In this document: positions 58,187-64,000 of the stretch, one piece after another
How the letters are laid out: each line of letters begins with the position of its first letter
Numbering within the stretch: the stretch's first letter is position 1
From: Candidatus Poribacteria bacterium
Lineage (GTDB): Bacteria; Poribacteria; WGA-4E; WGA-3G
DNA: 64,000 nucleotides
Assembly (NCBI GenBank): GCA_963663765.2
Contig: CAXXUA010000004.1
Coordinates: 32,001 to 96,000, forward strand
Direction of reading: 5' to 3'
The notes under the pieces: model-generated
The model's input: the letters and a program-made list of their open reading frames with translations, nothing else
What the model was told of the DNA's origin: nothing
Database searches by the model: none
Made by a program: the position numbers and the translations under genes

Positions 58187-59083
58187 TCATTTTGGATCGC
58201 AATAAGAATCGGACTTTAAATCAACCTTTTTAACGTTTACTTCATCCCCTATTTTCAATCCATAGCGAGCACTTGCATTGCCTAAATTTACTGAAATCTC
58301 TAATAGGCCGAAACTACTAATGATAGCTAAAGGTTCACCCGGTTTCGACTCGGAATAGGAACTGTTTAGTTTCTGTAATCTGACTGATCCTGCTATAATT
58401 TCGTAACAAAGTTGGTATTGTTGTTTGTATAGTTTTCCTGTTGTGGATTCATTTGAAGAACCAGATAAAAGAAACTGTGCAAGAAAATCCTCTGAAATAT
58501 TTGTAATCAAATTCCCAAAACTGTCGACTTTGATGACTTCACCTGTCAAAGTGGTTTCATCTATATTTACCATTGGTACAGTAAATCGGACAAATTTACA
58601 TAATGGAGTTCCAAAATCAGTAAGGGGTACACCGAGGGATAGATGAGCTGCAATAGGTGCAAAAATATCTCTACCATGGAAGGTGTTACTGACTTTAGGT
58701 AATAAGTAGTCAGTGTTTTGTATAGTAACAGCATTGGGTTTGTTAATGTTTTCAGTATCAGTTTTGTGTAGCAGATAACTTAGTACACCGTTGTTAGGAC
58801 AAACAAATAATGCGTTATCTGTTTGACACACAATTGCTTGTCGATTGCTGCCGACACCAGGATCTACGACAATGACATGTATTGTGTCTTCTGGGAAGAA
58901 ACGGTATGAGGAATGGATTGATAATGCTGCTTGGTGTATATCATGAGGCGGAATCGCGTGCGTCAGATCAACAACTTTGACATTTGGATTTATGTTTAGG
59001 ATGACTCCTTTCATGACACCGACATACACATCGCTTGTACCAAAATCGGTTGTTAGTGTAATGACGCGTGGAGATTTGTTCAT
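58187..59083 (-). CDS. SAM hydroxide adenosyltransferase/halogenase family (DUF62)
   Basis: ITLTTDFG, VVDPGVGS.R, SNTFHGRDIFAP, DSFGNLITN, LEISVN. Confidence 0.9.
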   Translation of the reverse strand: MNKSPRVITLTTDFGTSDVYVGVMKGVILNINPNVKVVDLTHAIPPHDIHQAALSIHSSYRFFPEDTIHVIVVDPGVGSNRQAIVCQTDNALFVCPNNGVLSYLLHKTDTENINKPNAVTIQNTDYLLPKVSNTFHGRDIFAPIAAHLSLGVPLTDFGTPLCKFVRFTVPMVNIDETTLTGEVIKVDSFGNLITNISEDFLAQFLLSGSSNESTTGKLYKQQYQLCYEIIAGSVRLQKLNSSYSESKPGEPLAIISSFGLLEISVNLGNASARYGLKIGDEVNVKKVDLKSDSYCDPK

Positions 59084-59108
59084 ACTGATGTGCTATACCG
59101 TGATTACC

Positions 59109-59909
59109 TTATAGATTTTGCTGCATCCATGCAAAACTTTTTTGTTGACCTGTTCCATCATTTTCTCTACCTTCATATTCACAGCACCAGACGCCATCAT
59201 AACCCGCATCACGTAGACATTGGATTGCTTTCTTGAGATCAATTTCACCTTCTCCCAATGCTTCCCCGCGATAGTTACCCCGCGAACCAGTACCATCTTT
59301 TAGATGTGTGTGTATGGTATAAGGTGCGATGATTTCGTAGAACCTACCGACTGTCTCTAAGTCGTGACCAGCCCATCGGTAGTTCATTGTGTCCATATTC
59401 GCACCGACATGTTTAGAACCCACCCGTTCAAAGAGTTCTACTTGTAAATCACCATCATTGGTGACCAATCCGTGATTGTCAACTGCCAAATAGATATCTT
59501 CCTGTTCAGCGAATTCAAGACATCGGGTTAAGCATCCTGCCATAGCTTCAACCCATCGGTTCTTGGGAACAGAATCCTTCATAGAGCCGCCTTCTGTACG
59601 CAGTACAGAAGTACCAAGTATTTTAGCTATTTTTGCGATACGTTCCATCCTTTCAACCTGTGCGGTTATAGTTTCTTCCTCTAACACCACAAAGTCGTTA
59701 CCCGCACCAAGAGCGGAAACCTGCAACCCATAGGATTCAACCTGTTTTCGTACGGCTTCAGCATTAGTTTCTGGTTCAGATGCATCTGCATTCCAGACTG
59801 TTCCTATTGCAAGTTCAACGTAACCAAATCCTGTATCACTACAAAACTTGAGAAAGTCGTCAAGTGAATTACCAGCATAGTTATAATGGATAAGACCAAG
59901 TTTAGACAT
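59109..59909 (-). CDS. Sugar phosphate isomerase/epimerase (xylose isomerase-like TIM barrel)
   Basis: LAVDNHG, NMDTMN, HTHLKD, LGEG.ID, EYE. Confidence 0.85.
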   Translation of the reverse strand: MSKLGLIHYNYAGNSLDDFLKFCSDTGFGYVELAIGTVWNADASEPETNAEAVRKQVESYGLQVSALGAGNDFVVLEEETITAQVERMERIAKIAKILGTSVLRTEGGSMKDSVPKNRWVEAMAGCLTRCLEFAEQEDIYLAVDNHGLVTNDGDLQVELFERVGSKHVGANMDTMNYRWAGHDLETVGRFYEIIAPYTIHTHLKDGTGSRGNYRGEALGEGEIDLKKAIQCLRDAGYDGVWCCEYEGRENDGTGQQKSFAWMQQNL

Positions 59910-60027
59910 ATTATTGTTTCCTATATTAAAAAGTTTTTGGAATTTAATGCGTGAATATGATATAATACATTTATAAAAGAGAAGAGTCAAGCAGTTTATA
60001 TCTTTTGAAAATAGATTAGGGAGAACA

Positions 60028-61164
60028 ATGGAGAAATATAATCCTCTAACTGATCCGAAATTACATGAGATCTATGAAAAAGTAATAGCGAAAGAACGTC
60101 TATCGTTTGAGGATGGGTTAGCACTTTACGAGAGTCCAGATATAAATGGTGTCGGTTTAATTGCGAATTATGTTCGTGAACGGTTAAACGGGAATGTTAC
60201 ATTCTACAATATCAATCAACATATAGATTACTCCAATGTGTGTATCCTACATGCCCGTTGTCATTTTTGTGCGTTTGCACGGAAGAACATGCAAACAGAA
60301 GGTGCTTGGGAGATGAGCGTAGATGAGTTTTTGGATAAAGCCATGTATTCTATAGAACATGGATGTACCGAAATTCATAGTGTCGGGGGATTGCACCCAA
60401 AATTACCTTTTGACTACTATTTAAAGATTATTCGGGGACTCAAAGAACGGATGCCAGAAGTCCATTTAAAGTTCTTCACTGCGGTTGAAATACATCACTT
60501 TTCGCGTATATTTAAGATGTCAATAGAGGAAGTTTTAAAACAACTCCGTGAAGTAGGTTTGGATTCATTGCCGGGAGGTGGAGCGGAGATATTTGCTGAA
60601 GAAACCCGTGAGAAGATATGTCCTGGAAAACTCAGTGCAGAAGGATGGTTAGAGATACACGATATTGCACATAGTTTGGGTATTCCTACAAACGCAACCA
60701 TGCTCTATGGTCACCTTGAAACAAACGCGGATAGAGTTGACCATCTCATCAGGTTGCGTGAACAACAGGATAAATCTGGTGGGTTTGTAACATTTATTCC
60801 TCTTGCGTTCCATCCTGCGAACACTCGGATGGCATACTTACCCTCAACCACTGGATTAACTGATTTACGAAACATTGCAGTTTCTCGTTTGCTGTTGGAC
60901 AACATACCCCACATAAAAGTATACTGGATTATGACCGGATTGAAAACTGCACAGATTGCTCTCAGTTTCGGTTCAGATGATATTGATGGTACAGTAACAG
61001 AAGAAAAGATTACCCACATGGCAGGTGCTGATACACCGGAAGCTGTATCAGTTGAAGCACTTACACGTCTGATTGAAGAAGCAGGATATGTTCCCGTTGA
61101 ACGCGACACACTTTACAATGAAATAATTCGAGAGGGTCATCAGTGGTACAGAAAAGCCGCATAA
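60028..61164 (+). CDS. mqnE: Aminofutalosine synthase (radical SAM)
   Basis: EIHSVGGLHP, FTAVEI, SLPGGGAEIF, NATMLYGH, FIPLAFHP, HIKVYW, DGTV.EEKI.HMAGA; adjacent mqnA. Confidence 0.9.
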   Translation: MEKYNPLTDPKLHEIYEKVIAKERLSFEDGLALYESPDINGVGLIANYVRERLNGNVTFYNINQHIDYSNVCILHARCHFCAFARKNMQTEGAWEMSVDEFLDKAMYSIEHGCTEIHSVGGLHPKLPFDYYLKIIRGLKERMPEVHLKFFTAVEIHHFSRIFKMSIEEVLKQLREVGLDSLPGGGAEIFAEETREKICPGKLSAEGWLEIHDIAHSLGIPTNATMLYGHLETNADRVDHLIRLREQQDKSGGFVTFIPLAFHPANTRMAYLPSTTGLTDLRNIAVSRLLLDNIPHIKVYWIMTGLKTAQIALSFGSDDIDGTVTEEKITHMAGADTPEAVSVEALTRLIEEAGYVPVERDTLYNEIIREGHQWYRKAA

Positions 61165-61958
61165 GAATTGGTGCCGTGTCATTTTTGAACACGAAACCCC
61201 TGATTTATCCGCTCATGAGTTGTGACTTTCAGTCAGAAGAAATATCCCTCAGTTTACATTTACCCAGTCAACTTGCTTCAATGTTAGAAGATAATGAATT
61301 AGAAGTGGGTTTGATTCCAATTGTTGAATACTTTCGTGCAAATGATCGCGGAGATAGTTATCGTATTCTTCCAGGTATTTCAATCGCATCGCGCGGAAGT
61401 GTCTTAAGCATTCAATTGTTTAGTCATGTGCCGGTTCATGACATACAAAAAATTGCATTAGATACAAGTTCAAGATCATCAGTTGCTCTATTGAATATCT
61501 TGCTTGTTGAGAAATATCAAATATCCCCAGTTTTTGTTTCTTGTGAACCATCGGTAAATCCTACCACTGTTGATACTGATGCGGTTTTACTCATTGGTGA
61601 TGCAGCCCTCAAGAATCTGGGAGTAACAGAATATAGTTATGATTTAGGGTATGAATGGCATGAACTCACAGGACTACCTTTCGTCTATGCGTGTTGGGTT
61701 GCAAGGGAAAAAGTGGGTCTCGGAAACATCCCAAAATTGCTTACAGATGCAAAAGATATTGGTGTTAAGCAGATACCTGAAATAGCACAAATTGAATCAG
61801 AAAAACTGGGTTTACCAGAAGGTTTATGCAAGAGGTATTTGCAAGAACATATCCACTATGACTTGGATGAAACAGCAATTGCGGGTCTTGAACGATTTTA
61901 CGAACTTGCTGTGAAAAACAAACTTATCAAACCATCTGGGAACTTGCATTTTGTGTAA
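61143..61958 (+). CDS. mqnA: Chorismate dehydratase (futalosine pathway)
   Basis: IGAVSFLNTKPL, V.SI.LFS, SSRSS..L, LLIGD.AL, DLG.EW...TGLPFVYA.W. Confidence 0.9.
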   Translation: MVQKSRIRIGAVSFLNTKPLIYPLMSCDFQSEEISLSLHLPSQLASMLEDNELEVGLIPIVEYFRANDRGDSYRILPGISIASRGSVLSIQLFSHVPVHDIQKIALDTSSRSSVALLNILLVEKYQISPVFVSCEPSVNPTTVDTDAVLLIGDAALKNLGVTEYSYDLGYEWHELTGLPFVYACWVAREKVGLGNIPKLLTDAKDIGVKQIPEIAQIESEKLGLPEGLCKRYLQEHIHYDLDETAIAGLERFYELAVKNKLIKPSGNLHFV

Positions 61959-62006
61959 TATGAACAGGTCATATAAAATTAATATTTTAAATATTGGACA
62001 AGAATA

Positions 62007-62492
62007 ATGAATTCCGCTGAAGAAACTAACAGTGCAGACGACTTTACTCAGAAGTTTTTGGATTTTTTAAAAGAATCAGGCCTCCGTTTGACACAAAAGC
62101 GGTTGGATGTGGTGAACCAAGTTTTTGTATTCCCTGGTCATTTCCAAACCGAAGACATTTTGGTGCAGATGCGTCAAAATGGATATAATGTCTCGCGTCC
62201 GACAATCTACCGCACCCTTCCATTGCTTGTTCAAAGTGGATTACTTACTGAGTTTATTGATGCGCATAAGAATACACGGTATGAGACTATTCACTCTTTG
62301 AAAGAACACGCCCACCTTATCTGCCTTCGGTGTGGACAGATAGCCGAATTCAAAGAACCTCAGATAGATGCATTGCAAAAAGCTGTATGTGAAGCCCATC
62401 AGTTCAGAGCTGTTCGCTTCAGAAACGAGATCATTGGTTATTGTACTGAATGCCAAGAGGAAATAGATAATCAGGATAATCCGGACGTATAA
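62007..62492 (+). CDS. Fur family transcriptional regulator
   Basis: GLRLTQKR, VSRPTIYRTL, H.HLIC..CG, C-terminal CxxC. Confidence 0.92.
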   Translation: MNSAEETNSADDFTQKFLDFLKESGLRLTQKRLDVVNQVFVFPGHFQTEDILVQMRQNGYNVSRPTIYRTLPLLVQSGLLTEFIDAHKNTRYETIHSLKEHAHLICLRCGQIAEFKEPQIDALQKAVCEAHQFRAVRFRNEIIGYCTECQEEIDNQDNPDV

Positions 62493-62507
62493 TTTCACTC
62501 CATCCAA

Positions 62508-63338
62508 ATGAACCTAAGTTGCCTACCTGTCACTCTCTATAACGACATCTTCTCAGGAAAAAGATCTGTTGCTGATTGGATCCAATTCGGTGCTGAATTG
62601 GGATTAGATGCAGTTGATTTTAGCATCAAGTTTTTTCCCCAACGTGATACAGAAGCGGTTAAGCAGATTCGATCAATTCTTGAAAAACACAGAATACGTG
62701 CTTGTATGTTGGCGTGTTATTCTGATTTCACGCATCCAAATAAGACACAAAGGGATCAAGAGCTGTCTAATCTCAAAGTTGACATCTCCCTTGCAAAGGC
62801 ATTGGGAGCAGAGTTTGTTAGGGTGACTGCAGGGCAAAACCATCCGGGTATTGAACGTAAAAAGGGAGTTCAATGGGTAACTGATGGAATGAGACAAGCT
62901 CTTGATGTAGCAGAAGATTATGGCATCACGCTTGCTTTTGAGAATCATACTATAGGTGCACCGTGGCAATATTGGGATTTTTCTCAACAGTCAGAGATAT
63001 TTATAGAAATTCTTGATGGACTTTCCGACACACCGCTGGGTGTGTGTTTTGACACAGCAAACCCACTTGTCCTGAAGGAGGATGTGCTAAAACTATTGGA
63101 CAAAGTGATTGATCGTGTTGTAGTGTTACATGTCTTTGACCTAAGCGAGATAGGTTCATTTGAACCTGTTTGTATTGGGACGGGGGCAGCTCCAATACCT
63201 GAAGTTTTTAACCGCATGCAAATAGTGAATTTTGATGGGTGGGTTAGTATTGAAGAAGCAAGTCGTCAAGGTCGTCAAGGATTTGAGCAAGCAATTAGGT
63301 TTGTAAGACAAGCATGGATAGATGTAGCAACCGTGTGA
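62508..63338 (+). CDS. Sugar phosphate isomerase/epimerase (TIM barrel)
   Basis: LAFENH, CFDTAN, LHVFD, GTG, WVSIEE. Confidence 0.85.
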   Translation: MNLSCLPVTLYNDIFSGKRSVADWIQFGAELGLDAVDFSIKFFPQRDTEAVKQIRSILEKHRIRACMLACYSDFTHPNKTQRDQELSNLKVDISLAKALGAEFVRVTAGQNHPGIERKKGVQWVTDGMRQALDVAEDYGITLAFENHTIGAPWQYWDFSQQSEIFIEILDGLSDTPLGVCFDTANPLVLKEDVLKLLDKVIDRVVVLHVFDLSEIGSFEPVCIGTGAAPIPEVFNRMQIVNFDGWVSIEEASRQGRQGFEQAIRFVRQAWIDVATV

Positions 63339-63366
63339 TTCTGTGTTTTGGTAAATAGTTGGAGTA

Positions 63367-64000
63367 TTACTGTTCTTCAGATATCTCAGCATCTCTTGCG
63401 AAGTCGCTGAGTATAGTTGGTGTAGCAGTATCAAAACCGATAAAGTCTATCATGTCAGGATCGTTTGGGTCTGCAATGGAAAAGTTGTTTGCCACCATTC
63501 CTACCACTGCACACTTTGCGTGTCTTCCCATTTTTTCTCGATACATATCCAATGCAGTTTTAGGGTGAATTTCCCCGTGCCACGTTTCGTTATCGGTGTA
63601 AATCACGAACACATCTACTTCAAGTTTGTTTTTCATTGCATATTGCATTGGTAGGGAGCAATCAGTTTTACCTTGTGGAAGACCTGATACGGCTTCAACC
63701 GCACTTGCCAACCTATCTGTAGCAGTAATAGGTACTCGTATAAAATTCTCAGAAAACCCGTAGATGTGGTAATGTGGTTCGGTACGTGCAGTAACCATCG
63801 CCATTGCTGCAGATGCGTTGCGCGGTGTAAGCCCTTGGCAACCAGCAACCATCCCAGATGCCATTGAACCTGAAACATCAAGTGCTAAGAATGTATTCTT
63901 TTGACTTGGTTCAATGTTGTCAAATGCCATATAAAAAGCGGAGTCTAATGCATCAATAATTTGTGGTACAGGTTCCCATGACAGACTTCCTCTCATCCCG
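63367..64000 (-). CDS. Ro60/Rsr TROVE-vWA RNA-binding protein (3' part; start outside window)
   Basis: RGSLSWEPV..IIDALD.AFY.AF, LALDVSGSM (MIDAS), TDCSLPM, YTDNETW.G.IHP, SIADP.D..M....GFD. Confidence 0.9.
   Translation of the reverse strand, partial: GMRGSLSWEPVPQIIDALDSAFYMAFDNIEPSQKNTFLALDVSGSMASGMVAGCQGLTPRNASAAMAMVTARTEPHYHIYGFSENFIRVPITATDRLASAVEAVSGLPQGKTDCSLPMQYAMKNKLEVDVFVIYTDNETWHGEIHPKTALDMYREKMGRHAKCAVVGMVANNFSIADPNDPDMIDFIGFDTATPTILSDFARDAEISEEQ

Noticed and set aside
58187-59083. Fluorinase/chlorinase activity
   Set aside because: The Asp/Arg/His-type motifs (DPGVGS.R, TFHGRD) fit the common SAM hydroxide adenosyltransferase; there is no halogenation context.
1-64000. rRNA, tRNA and the many short antisense ORFs in the track
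   Set aside because: No rRNA or tRNA signatures were seen; the short ORFs overlap well-supported genes and lack motifs.

Overview
AT-rich bacterial chromosome segment. Gene content and protein style (internalin-like LRR protein ending in TTQWGRLK, giant TPR/LamG protein, PhyH, many GTAG REP-like repeats) suggest Candidatus Poribacteria; this is an inference. It holds about 40 protein genes, mostly on the minus strand: GldF/GldG-like ABC components, ChdC/HemQ family, a ClpX paralog, a LarA-domain protein, sat, an Nth-like glycosylase, tandem GNATs, an NCS2 permease, an S8 peptidase, a 3397-aa TPR protein, serA, mqnE-mqnA, Fur and the 3' part of a Ro60/TROVE gene. Mobile DNA: one DDE IS with a 6-bp target duplication (TSD), two tnpB-only IS200/IS605 elements (one intact, one frameshifted), several MITE families with visible TSDs that carry REP hairpins and nest in each other, and a ~25-unit G-rich REP-derived tandem array. 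Main highlights: (1) two split ORFs at 51604-52935 read as one exported thioredoxin/PDZ selenoprotein with two in-frame UGA codons (U-V-P-U-V-S-C) and a SECIS-like hairpin; (2) a covarying three-way-junction/kissing-loop leader upstream of both tnpB genes; (3) a tiny hairpin cassette repeatedly inserted into REP stems. No rRNA, tRNA or CRISPR array was seen.
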